From: an uncultured bacterium
GTDB lineage: Bacteria; Fidelibacterota; Marinisomatia; Marinisomatales; JACNKV01
DNA: 64,000 nt
Assembly: GCA_964422145.1 (NCBI GenBank)
Contig: CAYQZV010000001.1
Location: forward strand, 193,750-257,749
Direction: 5' to 3'
Position numbers and translations under genes: made by a program. This document shows positions 1-8,846 of this stretch, piece after piece. The notes under the pieces are model-generated. The model saw only the letters and a list, made by a program, of their open reading frames with translations, was not told where the DNA came from and searched no databases. Within the stretch, counting starts at the first letter, position 1; the number at the start of each line of letters is the position of its first letter.

Positions 1-1558
1 CAAACCCGACATCTCCGCAGACCAAACGATCCATTGGGCGATTGGTTTCCATGTCGGATGTCACACTTGATATAGCCTTGTCCTGGTCAAGGGTTTCTTC
101 GTAGGGAAAAGATTCAGCGATCGAACGATAGATGAAATCGTTTTTTTCATAAAGAAAACCGCGTGACGAATTACGAGATTGATAGAGGCGAACCAAAGAC
201 CGAACAACATCAGTTGCCGCATCAACAACACGTTTTTTCTCATTCTTCCATTTGGGTGAACCCAATGTAGACAGAACAACAGACTGTTTTTCTTTTCCGA
301 CATATCGATGAACCCGGTCAAATTTGTCCAAAGGGACATGAACCGCCGCACCGTTGCCATACTCAATTTTAATACATTCTTGAAGCCCGGCTTTTGAGCG
401 GAGTACAGACAAACCTTGATACCTGCCGATTCCGTATTCCCGGTGGACCAAATAGTCACCCTCCGCCAAGGAAAGCAGTGATGAAAGAGGTTGTTGCACA
501 ACATAATCTGTTTCCCACCTAAGCCGCGAAGAGGGGGTTTGCTTGAGGAAGTCATTGGCGGATAAAAACAAGACAGAGCAAAGCTGAAACGATTGTTGCA
601 GCACACCGGAAACAAAAAGAACATTTTGAGACAACTTTTTTTTAATGATTTGTATTTGAGACTCATTCTCTAAAAACACAATCATATCATCGGTGGGGAG
701 ATCCCCCGCAAAATCAACGATGGGACTTGAAGAAATGTCTGCTGTCTCTGAGTTTGTCTCACGGTTCTCCAGTATGGTAACCCAGCTGTTGTTTTTTCGA
801 CTAATTGAAATGACCAGTGTGTTTTTTGGAAGAGCCTCGGTAAGTGTGGTGTGTTGTGCTTTGTCATGATAATAATCAGATGGCGGAAACACCTCAATTT
901 GTTTTATGTCTGAAACTCGCCGCTGCGATACTGGATTGTATGCGCGCAACGAATCAATCGTTGAACCAAAAAGTTCAATACGGAGAGGATGTCTGGATTC
1001 ACGTAAGAAAACATCAACGATTCCTCCGCGAACAGAAAATGTATTTGGTGACATCGTTTTATCTACACGGGTATATCCCCACACCGAGAGATTATCAATC
1101 AAACGCTGAACATCAACAGCCCCACCCTGAATAAGCAGATGTGAGTCTTCGTTTTTTATGATAGGAACACAAGGCTCTATAGAGGATTCTTTTGATGAAA
1201 AAAACAACCCAAAAGAACAAGTCTTTACTGCACGCAATGCCTCCTCTCTGTAGCGCTTATGTTCAGAAACAAAACCTGGAACACTCGCAGGGAAAACATG
1301 ATCATCGGGGAAATAAAATGTTGACACAGGACCAAATAAATAAGCCGCTCGGTATAGAACTTCTGCTTCATCAGCGTCAGGACAAACAACAAGACACGGG
1401 TTTTGAGAAGAGAGATATTTTAACCACAGGGTTAATACAGACAGTGAATCAAAAGACAGGCGATTAAAAAAGCCGTCAGGAAAAGCTGCGCCAAAGAAAG
1501 AAGACCTTTTTTGAAAAAAAGACCGCAGCGACAAAACCCCTGTTTCACGTGAAACCAT
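1..1558 (-). CDS. mfd: Transcription-repair coupling factor Mfd, N-terminal ~519 aa (partial; continues past the left window edge)
   Basis: Manual translation of the minus strand from ATG at 1558-1556 gives one open frame to position 1. It reads ...PCLVVCPDADEAEVLY..., ...GDYLVHREYGIGRYQGL... (the Mfd/CarD-type motif) and ends ...DRLVCGDVGF (start of helicase motif I, GDVGFGKT). It is absent from the ORF track because it has no stop in the window. The track ORFs at 61-1467 are out-of-frame or antisense artefacts. Confidence 0.85.
   Translation of the reverse strand, partial: MVSRETGVLSLRSFFQKRSSFFGAAFPDGFFNRLSFDSLSVLTLWLKYLSSQNPCLVVCPDADEAEVLYRAAYLFGPVSTFYFPDDHVFPASVPGFVSEHKRYREEALRAVKTCSFGLFFSSKESSIEPCVPIIKNEDSHLLIQGGAVDVQRLIDNLSVWGYTRVDKTMSPNTFSVRGGIVDVFLRESRHPLRIELFGSTIDSLRAYNPVSQRRVSDIKQIEVFPPSDYYHDKAQHTTLTEALPKNTLVISISRKNNSWVTILENRETNSETADISSSPIVDFAGDLPTDDMIVFLENESQIQIIKKKLSQNVLFVSGVLQQSFQLCSVLFLSANDFLKQTPSSRLRWETDYVVQQPLSSLLSLAEGDYLVHREYGIGRYQGLSVLRSKAGLQECIKIEYGNGAAVHVPLDKFDRVHRYVGKEKQSVVLSTLGSPKWKNEKKRVVDAATDVVRSLVRLYQSRNSSRGFLYEKNDFIYRSIAESFPYEETLDQDKAISSVTSDMETNRPMDRLVCGDVGF
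1541..1555. promoter_or_regulatory. Copy 1 of the 15-bp motif TGTTTCACGTGAAAC (contains the perfect 14-bp palindrome GTTTCACGTGAAAC). It lies immediately 3' of the mfd ATG, covering codons 2-6.
   Basis: Read directly from the sequence. An identical 15-mer is found at 3436-3450. Confidence 0.5.
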
Positions 1559-1565
1559 AAAATAC

Positions 1566-3443
1566 CTATTTCACCAAATAGACGGCCAACACTGAAATGT
1601 CCGCCGGTGACACGCCGGAAATTCGCATAGCCTGCCCCAGCGTCTCGGGACGCACAAACAAAAGCTTCTCCCTTCCCTCATTTGATAAGCTTGGAATAGC
1701 ATGATAATCAAGGCCATCAGGAATAACAAAACTTTCCTGTTTTTTTAATTGAGCCACCTGTTGGTTTTGCCGATCAATATAACCAGAGTATTTAATCGTT
1801 GCTTCCACCTCTGAAACAATTTCTTCTTTTATTCCCTTTTCATAGCCGGAAGATTCGATTGATTTAAAATAGCGCTCTGGAAAAGACTTAATTGAGACAC
1901 CGGGGCGCTTTAGCACGCGCGTCGCAGGCATCTGTTGAATAAGCGTTGGCTGGTCCAGCTGCTGCAGAGCGGGGTTTATTTCATCCGGCGAAACGCTGGC
2001 TTCAAACTCGGATAAGAGTTGATCTGTTTGGTAAAGTTTGTTTTCTAGAAAACTGCAATAATCTTCAGAAAGAAGCCCAATGCGCTTAGCGTGGTGAAGC
2101 AAACGGCGATCAGTATTTGAATAGCGAAGGAGCAAACGAAACTCTGCGCGAGAGGTGAACATCCGATAAGGCTCCATGGTATCTTTTGTGATCAGGTCAT
2201 CAACCAAAACACCGATATATGCTTCGTTTCTGGCTAACGTTAGACTATCCTTGCCTTTCACATTCATTGATGCATTAATACCAGCGAGAAGCCCCTGCGC
2301 CGCCGCCTCTTCATAACCGGACGTCCCGTTAATTTGTCCAGCAAAAAACAGGCCGGAGATATTTTTAGATTCAAGTGTGGCATGCAATTGCGCGGGAGGA
2401 AAGAAGTCATACTCAATGGCATAACCGGGACGGAAGAATTGAACATTTTCAAAACCGGAAATGCATCGAAGAGATTCAAGCTGAACGTCTTCCGGCAAAC
2501 TTGTTGAAAACCCGTTCAGATAAATCTGGCTTGATCTGTTCCATTCCGGCTCAAGAAAAAGCAAGTGTGAATCATGGTGAGCAAAGCGATGAATTTTGTC
2601 TTCAATAGACGGGCAATATCGTGGGCCGACGCCAAAAACATCTCCGGAAAACATCGGTGAACGCTTAATGTTTTTTTGAATCACATCATGAGTTTTTGTC
2701 GTCGTTTTAATGTAATGACATGGGATGTTCGGCGGCTGAAAATCTTTTGTAGAAAAAGAAAACGGTGACGGGTGTTTGTCTCCAAACGAGGGTGTTGTTT
2801 TAGACCAATCAATTGAGCCCGCATCAAGCCGAGGCGGCGTACCGGTTTTTAGTCGCCCGGAAATAAATCCTCTTGAAACCAAACTTTCTGTAATGCCCTC
2901 AGACGTGGGCTCCCCCATTCTTCCTGCGGAAATTTTCCGTTCACCGACATGAACCAAGCCATTAAGAAAGGTTCCAAAAGTTAAAATCAGCTGGTCACAG
3001 TAAATCCGCTCACCGTTACGAAAGACAACACCGGAAACATGCCCAGCTTCTTCGATGAGATCAACAACCTCAACCTCAATTATATCAAGGTGGTTTTGCA
3101 TAGAAAGTTCAAAAAGAATTTTCTTTTCATAAAGACGCTTGTCGATTTGCGCTCTTGGAGACCAAACAGAACGGCCCTTAGATCGATTTAACATTTTGAA
3201 TTGAATACCGGACTGATCAGCAACTCGAGGCATAACCCCGCCCAGGATGTCAATCTCGCGAACAATTTGCCCCTTAGCCAACCCCCCGATAGCCGGATTA
3301 CAGGACATGCGCGCAACAGCATTTTTATCGAGGGTAATTAAGGCAGTATTACATCCCAATGATGAAGCAATATAAGCGGCTTCAACTCCGGCATGTCCCC
3401 CGCCGGCGACAATTACATCATAACGGCCTGAAGGGTGTTTCAC
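1566..3443 (-). CDS. mnmG: tRNA uridine-5-carboxymethylaminomethyl(34) synthesis enzyme MnmG (GidA)
   Basis: 625 aa. N-terminal FAD motif YDVIVAGGGHAGVEAA, with full-length GidA-like sequence. GTG start lies inside the palindrome at 3437-3450. Confidence 0.97.
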   Translation of the reverse strand: MKHPSGRYDVIVAGGGHAGVEAAYIASSLGCNTALITLDKNAVARMSCNPAIGGLAKGQIVREIDILGGVMPRVADQSGIQFKMLNRSKGRSVWSPRAQIDKRLYEKKILFELSMQNHLDIIEVEVVDLIEEAGHVSGVVFRNGERIYCDQLILTFGTFLNGLVHVGERKISAGRMGEPTSEGITESLVSRGFISGRLKTGTPPRLDAGSIDWSKTTPSFGDKHPSPFSFSTKDFQPPNIPCHYIKTTTKTHDVIQKNIKRSPMFSGDVFGVGPRYCPSIEDKIHRFAHHDSHLLFLEPEWNRSSQIYLNGFSTSLPEDVQLESLRCISGFENVQFFRPGYAIEYDFFPPAQLHATLESKNISGLFFAGQINGTSGYEEAAAQGLLAGINASMNVKGKDSLTLARNEAYIGVLVDDLITKDTMEPYRMFTSRAEFRLLLRYSNTDRRLLHHAKRIGLLSEDYCSFLENKLYQTDQLLSEFEASVSPDEINPALQQLDQPTLIQQMPATRVLKRPGVSIKSFPERYFKSIESSGYEKGIKEEIVSEVEATIKYSGYIDRQNQQVAQLKKQESFVIPDGLDYHAIPSLSNEGREKLLFVRPETLGQAMRISGVSPADISVLAVYLVK

Positions 3444-3450
3444 GTGAAAC
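3436..3450. promoter_or_regulatory. Copy 2 of TGTTTCACGTGAAAC. It spans the mnmE stop codon (TAG, 3450-3452) and the mnmG GTG start (3441-3443).
   Basis: Read directly from the sequence; identical to 1541-1555. Confidence 0.5.
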
Positions 3451-4775
3451 TACTTCCCTACGCAAAATTGACCAAAAATATTATTAAGGATGTCGTCCGG
3501 GGTGGTTTTTCCCAATACGATATCAAGAGAGGAGATCGCATTCCTGAGCTCGAACGCAACAAGCTCTGACTCGAATGAAGTCATTGATATATGACGCTGT
3601 GCAGACCGTATAAAACCCAAACAATCTTTAACGGCACGGTGTTGTCTGGCTGTCGTCAGGGCAATATGTTTTGTTTTTACAGAGGTTGAAACCAAGCGAT
3701 TTATAATCTGCGCTTTCAAAGATGAAACACCTTTTCCAGACAGAGCGGAGACAGGATAAAGCTCTTCGTTGTCCGGTGGTGACTGTAAATCGGTTTTATT
3801 GTGTAAAATAATGAAAGGTGACGTTAGGCTCTCAATAATATCTGGACTGATTTCGACGTTAGGCGCAACAATGTACAAAACAAGATCGGCATGAGAAATA
3901 GCGTCATCTGTTCGGCGTATTCCCTCCTGTTCGATTTGGTCATTTGATGTTCTTAATCCGGCTGTATCAACAAGCCGAACCGGAATTCCTCCCAAGTTTA
4001 ATTGAACATCAACACTGTCTCGCGTAGTGCCGGGGGTCGGGCTTGTAATTGCCCGGTCTGAATCTGAAAGAGCATTTAATAATGTGGACTTACCAACGTT
4101 AGGCTCTCCAATTAGAACAACATTGGCACCCTCAGTTAATAGCCTCCCGGAATTATATGATTGAAGAAGGTTTTCCAGCTCGTCTTTCAAGGGAGGAAAA
4201 ACATTAAAGATGTTTTGAATATCGTTCTCATGCAATTCATCTTCGGAAACATCGATAAAATATTCAACTGAAGACACAAGGTTTAGCAGTCGCTTTTTTA
4301 TTTGATGAAATGTCTTAGAAAGCTGTCCTTGAAGAATATGATAATTCAAATAAGCCGCCTCTGTTGTTTGGCTGTGGATAAGTCCGGAAACGGACTCTGC
4401 CTGAATAAGATCCATTTTTCCGTTTGCAAACGCACGCAGTGTAAACTCACCCGGGTCGGAAATCCTTGCTCCATGCGAAATACAAAGATCAACAATTTTT
4501 TGGACAAGAAGCGGGTTTCCGTGACAGGATATTTCTACAACATCTTCGCCGGTATAAGAATTAGGAGCTTGAAAATTAGTAACAACAGCTTGATCAAAAG
4601 CATGACCATTCTCGTCATGTAAAACAGAAAAAACAGCGAGATTTGGCTGAAGCAAGTCTTGTCTAGAAAGAGCTGTTGCGATCTGTTTTGAGACAGACCC
4701 GCTTAAACGAATAACAGAAATTCCCCCGACACCAAAAGGCGATGCGGGGGCGACTATCGTATCGTTTGAAATCAT
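3450..4775 (-). CDS. mnmE: tRNA modification GTPase MnmE (TrmE)
   Basis: 441 aa. G1 motif GEPNVGKSTLLNAL, G3 DTAGLR, G4 NKTDL, C-terminal CVGK motif. ATGA overlap with the yidC stop. Confidence 0.97.
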   Translation of the reverse strand: MISNDTIVAPASPFGVGGISVIRLSGSVSKQIATALSRQDLLQPNLAVFSVLHDENGHAFDQAVVTNFQAPNSYTGEDVVEISCHGNPLLVQKIVDLCISHGARISDPGEFTLRAFANGKMDLIQAESVSGLIHSQTTEAAYLNYHILQGQLSKTFHQIKKRLLNLVSSVEYFIDVSEDELHENDIQNIFNVFPPLKDELENLLQSYNSGRLLTEGANVVLIGEPNVGKSTLLNALSDSDRAITSPTPGTTRDSVDVQLNLGGIPVRLVDTAGLRTSNDQIEQEGIRRTDDAISHADLVLYIVAPNVEISPDIIESLTSPFIILHNKTDLQSPPDNEELYPVSALSGKGVSSLKAQIINRLVSTSVKTKHIALTTARQHRAVKDCLGFIRSAQRHISMTSFESELVAFELRNAISSLDIVLGKTTPDDILNNIFGQFCVGK

Positions 4776-6427
4776 TTTTTCTGTTTAACAGCGGGGGCGG
4801 TCGGTGTGTGTGGTGTAAGATATTTTTGCTGTAAAATCGTGAGCAGGTTAAACAGAGTATAGTAAAGATTCAGTCCTGACGGGAAACGATAGAAAATGAA
4901 AAGGAAAAAGATGTTCATCATATACATCATACTTTTTTGCTGCCCCGGTTGCGTAGGTGTCATTTGCTGTTGAACCAACATAGTTATCGTCATTAGAAGC
5001 GGTAAAATATTGATTGGGAAACTAGCAATATGAAACAGCGTGTCAGGTGCGGATAAATCTTGAATCCAAAGGAAAAAGGGTGCCCCGCGCAATTCAATTG
5101 TAGAACGGAACACTTGAAAAAGAGCAAATAAAAGCGGCATTTGAATTAGAACAGGAAGACACCCTCCCATCGGGTTCACACCCATTTCTTTGTAGAGCTC
5201 CATCGTCGCTTTATTCAGCTGCTGTGAGTTATTTTTATGCTTTTCTTTTAAGGCTGCAATCAGCGGCTGAACCTCTTGCATTTTTCGTGTAGACTGATAA
5301 CTTTTCTTCGTTAATGGGTAAACAATGATTTTGATGATGATTGAGAAAAGAACCAACACAACACCATAATTGGGGATAATATCATACAAAGCAACCAAAA
5401 CGTAAAGAACACCTTTTGCGATATGTCGAATAAAGGACCATCCGAAATTCATGATTTTTTCAAGGGAAACACCGAGTTCTTTTATTCTATCATACTGTAA
5501 AGGACCAAGATATAATGATGTTTCCTTACCGTCTAAAACACTTTGATGAACACTGACATTATATCGCGGTGTTGTTCCGTCGTGATCGCCGGAAACCTCT
5601 GCAGCGCTTCCCTTTTCTTTCGGGATTAATGCCGACGTGAAATACTTTGACCGAACAGCGACCCAATCAGTAACGCCAGTATATTTTTTGTTTAGCGTGG
5701 TGTTCTTTTTTAATCCGGGCGTGTAAAGCTCTTCACCCTGGTATACATAACCCTTAAAGTAGGTGAGATCGTCATCTACCCGTTTTTCAGTTACAGGCAT
5801 TCCCCCCATCCATGAAAGAGAATATGAATCCTGAGCTAACTGAGATAAAACAGGGACAAGATTAACCGAAACATCTATTTTATAGGATTGTGGATAAAAT
5901 GTTAATACTTTTTCAACAGGCTCATTAAACAGTGAAGTTTTGAATGTTAATGACACAGGATTGTCGTAGACATCAAACGAAGTTACATCGGATGAAAAAG
6001 CCCAGTTCTGATTTAATTCAACTGGCTCACCATCAATAGATTGTGTTCTTACAAGCAGATTGTTTTTATTATAGGAGTTGATAAGCTGAACGGGGAGCGA
6101 GTCTGCCATAGAATAATCTTTTAACGTGAAAGACAGTAAAGACCCGCCATTCTTGGAACTGACGACGGCGTTGTATAGATCGGTGTTTAAATACACTAAA
6201 GTTTCTTCTTGGTCATTGACGTCAAACGATGTTTGTTCTGCTCTGGTTTTTACAGGCGTTTTTAAAGGAGCTGGCTGTAATGCGGGCGGCGTAATATCCC
6301 TTTCGGAAGCTTGTTCGACGGTAGATGTTTCATCCGGAGCGGGCGGAGAAACGATACCCATGTAAAAGGGTGTTAAAATAAGAACAATAGCAATGAGGAA
6401 AAACGCAAAAAGGGTGTTTCTATCCAT
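4772..6427 (-). CDS. yidC: Membrane protein insertase YidC
   Basis: 551 aa. N-terminal TM segment, large periplasmic domain, and a conserved C-terminal core (...PLTKKSYQSTRKMQEVQP...GVNPMGGCLPVLIQMPLLFALF...). Confidence 0.95.
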   Translation of the reverse strand: MDRNTLFAFFLIAIVLILTPFYMGIVSPPAPDETSTVEQASERDITPPALQPAPLKTPVKTRAEQTSFDVNDQEETLVYLNTDLYNAVVSSKNGGSLLSFTLKDYSMADSLPVQLINSYNKNNLLVRTQSIDGEPVELNQNWAFSSDVTSFDVYDNPVSLTFKTSLFNEPVEKVLTFYPQSYKIDVSVNLVPVLSQLAQDSYSLSWMGGMPVTEKRVDDDLTYFKGYVYQGEELYTPGLKKNTTLNKKYTGVTDWVAVRSKYFTSALIPKEKGSAAEVSGDHDGTTPRYNVSVHQSVLDGKETSLYLGPLQYDRIKELGVSLEKIMNFGWSFIRHIAKGVLYVLVALYDIIPNYGVVLVLFSIIIKIIVYPLTKKSYQSTRKMQEVQPLIAALKEKHKNNSQQLNKATMELYKEMGVNPMGGCLPVLIQMPLLFALFQVFRSTIELRGAPFFLWIQDLSAPDTLFHIASFPINILPLLMTITMLVQQQMTPTQPGQQKSMMYMMNIFFLFIFYRFPSGLNLYYTLFNLLTILQQKYLTPHTPTAPAVKQKK

Positions 6428-6429
6428 AA

Positions 6430-6696
6430 TTATTTGACCGGATCATAACCTCCCGGATGGTAGGGGTGACATTTTGAAATACGCTTTCCAATAAGGAAGA
6501 AAGCATGGTGAAAAGATTTAGTTTTTAATGCGTCCAGCGCATAGCTAGAACAGGTGGGCTGAAAGCGGCACGAACTGCCGAAAAAATGCGAAAGCGTCAG
6601 TTGGTAAAGACGTACGATATAAATAAAAACTTTACGAAAGAAGCGGTCAATAAACGAGTAGATTGAACGATCTTCACAGCAAAGAAGCTTTCGCAC
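6430..6696 (-). CDS. yidD: Membrane protein insertion efficiency factor YidD
   Basis: 88 aa with the YidD signature ...CRFQPTCSSYALDAL...CHPYHPGGYDPV. The GTG start overlaps the rpmH stop by 1 nt (TAGTG). Confidence 0.9.
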   Translation of the reverse strand: MRKLLCCEDRSIYSFIDRFFRKVFIYIVRLYQLTLSHFFGSSCRFQPTCSSYALDALKTKSFHHAFFLIGKRISKCHPYHPGGYDPVK

Positions 6697-6830
6697 TAGG
6701 CAGAAAGAACCTTCCGTCCTTTTTTACGACGACGAGCTAGTACAGCACGGCCACCGACGGTAGACATTCTTTCTCTGAATCCGTGTTTATTCTTGCGCTT
6801 GCGATTACTTGGTTGAAATGTACGTTTCAT
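6696..6830 (-). CDS. rpmH: 50S ribosomal protein L34
   Basis: [47 protein letters not shown] at 6830 is preceded by AGGAGA (reverse complement of 6834-6840). The track ORF start at 6911 is an upstream extension. Confidence 0.93.
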   Translation of the reverse strand: MKRTFQPSNRKRKNKHGFRERMSTVGGRAVLARRRKKGRKVLSA

Positions 6831-6911
6831 TTTCTCTCCTATTTTAGCCGAGAAATTTACCACACTATGTAAATAGAAACAAAATAAAAACATTTGAGCA
6901 ACAAGACGCAA

Positions 6912-7075
6912 ATTTTAATATATATTAAATTCAAAAAAGGCAAACAGAGGCCAAGCAAACGATGTGATATATAAAAACCGTTTAATAAAAAAAAACTCAA
7001 AGAAACTCAAACAAAGTATTGTTTCACATTAGCAGAAACGAATAATTTTTATAAAAACAAACCTGTGGATAACCT
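6912..7075. promoter_or_regulatory. AT-rich rpmH/dnaA divergent control region. Candidate dnaA promoter and possible oriC unwinding region.
   Basis: The stretch is very AT-rich. AAACTCAAA is directly repeated at 6993-7001 and 7003-7011. A sigma70-like TTGTTT (7019-7024) - 16 nt - AATAAT (7041-7046) is present. An inverted repeat GTTTC-N9-GAAAC (7021-7039) sits in the promoter spacer. Gene strand polarity switches here. Confidence 0.4.
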
Positions 7076-7083
7076 GTGGATAA
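7064..7083 (+). promoter_or_regulatory. Two tandem perfect DnaA boxes, TGTGGATAA (7064-7072 and 7075-7083). The second contains the dnaA GTG start codon.
   Basis: Both are exact matches to the reverse complement of the consensus TTATCCACA. A 1-mismatch box, TGTGGACAA, lies at 7107-7115 inside dnaA. Confidence 0.75.
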
Positions 7084-8437
7084 CATTATTTTAAACCAAG
7101 ATTCCTTGTGGACAAAGACAAAAGAGTTCTTACGAGCATCGCTGCCGGATCACGCATTCAATACATGGTTTGACCCGATCAATTTCATTACCATGCATGG
7201 CAATGAGATGGTTTTAGAGGTTCCAAACCAGTTTTTTTATGAGTGGATTGAAAGTCATTATAAAAACACGATTGAGTCTACCATCTTTTCAAACCTCAAT
7301 CAAAAAGTCACGATAAAATATACAATTGCCCCGGAAGGTCAGCAAAAAACAGAAACAACACCTCAAAATTTAATTAATGAACAAAAAAAGAAAGAGGTAA
7401 GCAAACCCAAACTAAATGAGAAGTATATATTTTCATCGTTCATTGAAGGAAGCAATAACCAGTTCGCTAAAGCTGCATCAATGAGCGTAGCTGAAGAACC
7501 CGGGCAAAAATCATTTAATCCCCTTGTGATATACGGCGGGGTCGGATTAGGGAAAACACACCTTTTACATGCAATTGGAAATCACATATTATTTAAATCA
7601 CCGGAGAAAAACATCGTTTGTGCTTCAAGCGAAAAGTTTACACACGATTTTATTTCTAGTATTCAAAAGAACAGAACCGTTGAGTTTTCAAAATTTTATC
7701 GAAATGCGGATGTGTTACTGATTGACGATATCCAATTCTTTCAGGGGAAAGAACAAACACAGGAACAATTTTTTCACACATTTAACGAACTGTATCAATC
7801 CGGGAAACAAATTGTAATGACAGCTGATCGTTATCCGGGAGAAATGGTAAAACTACAAGACCGCCTTCTGTCACGCTTTACTTCAGGGGTGTCTGTGGAC
7901 ATTCAGCCGCCGGATTATGAAACACGGGTGGCAATCCTGATGGAAAAAGCGGAAACGAACAACCTGTCGTTATCTTACGAAATCATCGAATTTATTGCAA
8001 CACACATCACGAAAAACATCCGAGAATTAGAAAGCTCCGTGATCCAGCTGTTGGCACGATCTTCATTATTCAACAAAGAGATAGATATGAACCTTGTCCG
8101 TGACGCCATAAAAGAGCGGGTCGGGAATCGCATCAAAACAGATATTTCAATTGAAGACATTGTCAGAAGCGTCTCTCAAAAAACGAACATTTCCGAGAGA
8201 GAGATTGTCGGGACTGGACGAAAAAAACATGTAGCAGAAACAAGACAGATAGCCATGTATTTAACGCGCGAGATCATGAGTGCGTCATTAAACACAGTAG
8301 GCCTCTACTTTGGCGGCAGAGACCACACAACGGTTTTACACGCTTGCAGAACCATTGAAGAAAAGTTGAAAACCGACCAAAGAACAAAAGCGGTTGTTCA
8401 CAAAGTAAAGAGTGAATTCAAGAGTGTTTTTGACTAA
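7076..8437 (+). CDS. dnaA: Chromosomal replication initiator protein DnaA
   Basis: 453 aa. Walker A GGVGLGKTHLLHAIGN, Walker B LLIDDIQF, C-terminal DNA-binding domain (...GGRDHTTVLHACRTIE...). Confidence 0.97.
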   Translation: MDNIILNQDSLWTKTKEFLRASLPDHAFNTWFDPINFITMHGNEMVLEVPNQFFYEWIESHYKNTIESTIFSNLNQKVTIKYTIAPEGQQKTETTPQNLINEQKKKEVSKPKLNEKYIFSSFIEGSNNQFAKAASMSVAEEPGQKSFNPLVIYGGVGLGKTHLLHAIGNHILFKSPEKNIVCASSEKFTHDFISSIQKNRTVEFSKFYRNADVLLIDDIQFFQGKEQTQEQFFHTFNELYQSGKQIVMTADRYPGEMVKLQDRLLSRFTSGVSVDIQPPDYETRVAILMEKAETNNLSLSYEIIEFIATHITKNIRELESSVIQLLARSSLFNKEIDMNLVRDAIKERVGNRIKTDISIEDIVRSVSQKTNISEREIVGTGRKKHVAETRQIAMYLTREIMSASLNTVGLYFGGRDHTTVLHACRTIEEKLKTDQRTKAVVHKVKSEFKSVFD

Positions 8438-8846
8438 AAAATGAAAAAACAGACTCACGAGTCGGTTGAAAAACAGTAAAAATTATGAGAAATATGTAAA
8501 AATATTGTGATATGGCGCACAAATTCAAATTAAAATCTTGAAATTAATTGATGGTCGCCCTATTTTATCGCTCCTTGTATCGAGGGTGCTTATAGAATTA
8601 TGAGCAATTTTGATATCCAAGCGAAAAGAAATAGGTTGACGTAAGACAACCAAAACACACAACAGGAGGTAGACAATAAAAGGAATCGCTAAAACGATTG
8701 TTTCCGACACCCAAAGACAAAAAACAAAAAACTATCTTTGCGTTCGGCCCTGCCTCACCTACCTTAAAAAGATGGAAATACGGGTTTTAACAGCTCGACT
8801 GAATCCATCAAAACAAACCCAACAGTAACAAACTAAGGAGTAGATA

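Noticed and set aside
61-1467. Track ORFs 61-666(-), 682-897(-), 844-1134(+), 906-1109(+) and 1192-1467(+) as possible genes
   Set aside because: All overlap, antisense or out of frame, the long open minus-strand frame that translates to a convincing Mfd N-terminal half (GDYLVHREYGIGRY, DRLVCGDVGF). Their sequences are low-complexity or Cys/Arg-rich with no recognisable motifs.
6856-6864. TTTACCACA as an additional DnaA box near the rpmH start
   Set aside because: It has two mismatches to the consensus and overlaps a possible extended -10 element (TGGTAAAT on the minus strand), so the call is ambiguous.
8525-8710. 61-aa ORF with a hydrophobic N-terminus in the dnaA-downstream spacer (possible small membrane protein)
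   Set aside because: GTG start with no SD, a C-terminal half of low plausibility and no supporting context. It is kept only as a note under the spacer finding.
8438-8846. dnaA-downstream spacer as oriC
   Set aside because: I found no TGTGG or CCACA cores, meaning no DnaA boxes even with 1-2 mismatches, despite the AT-rich first third.
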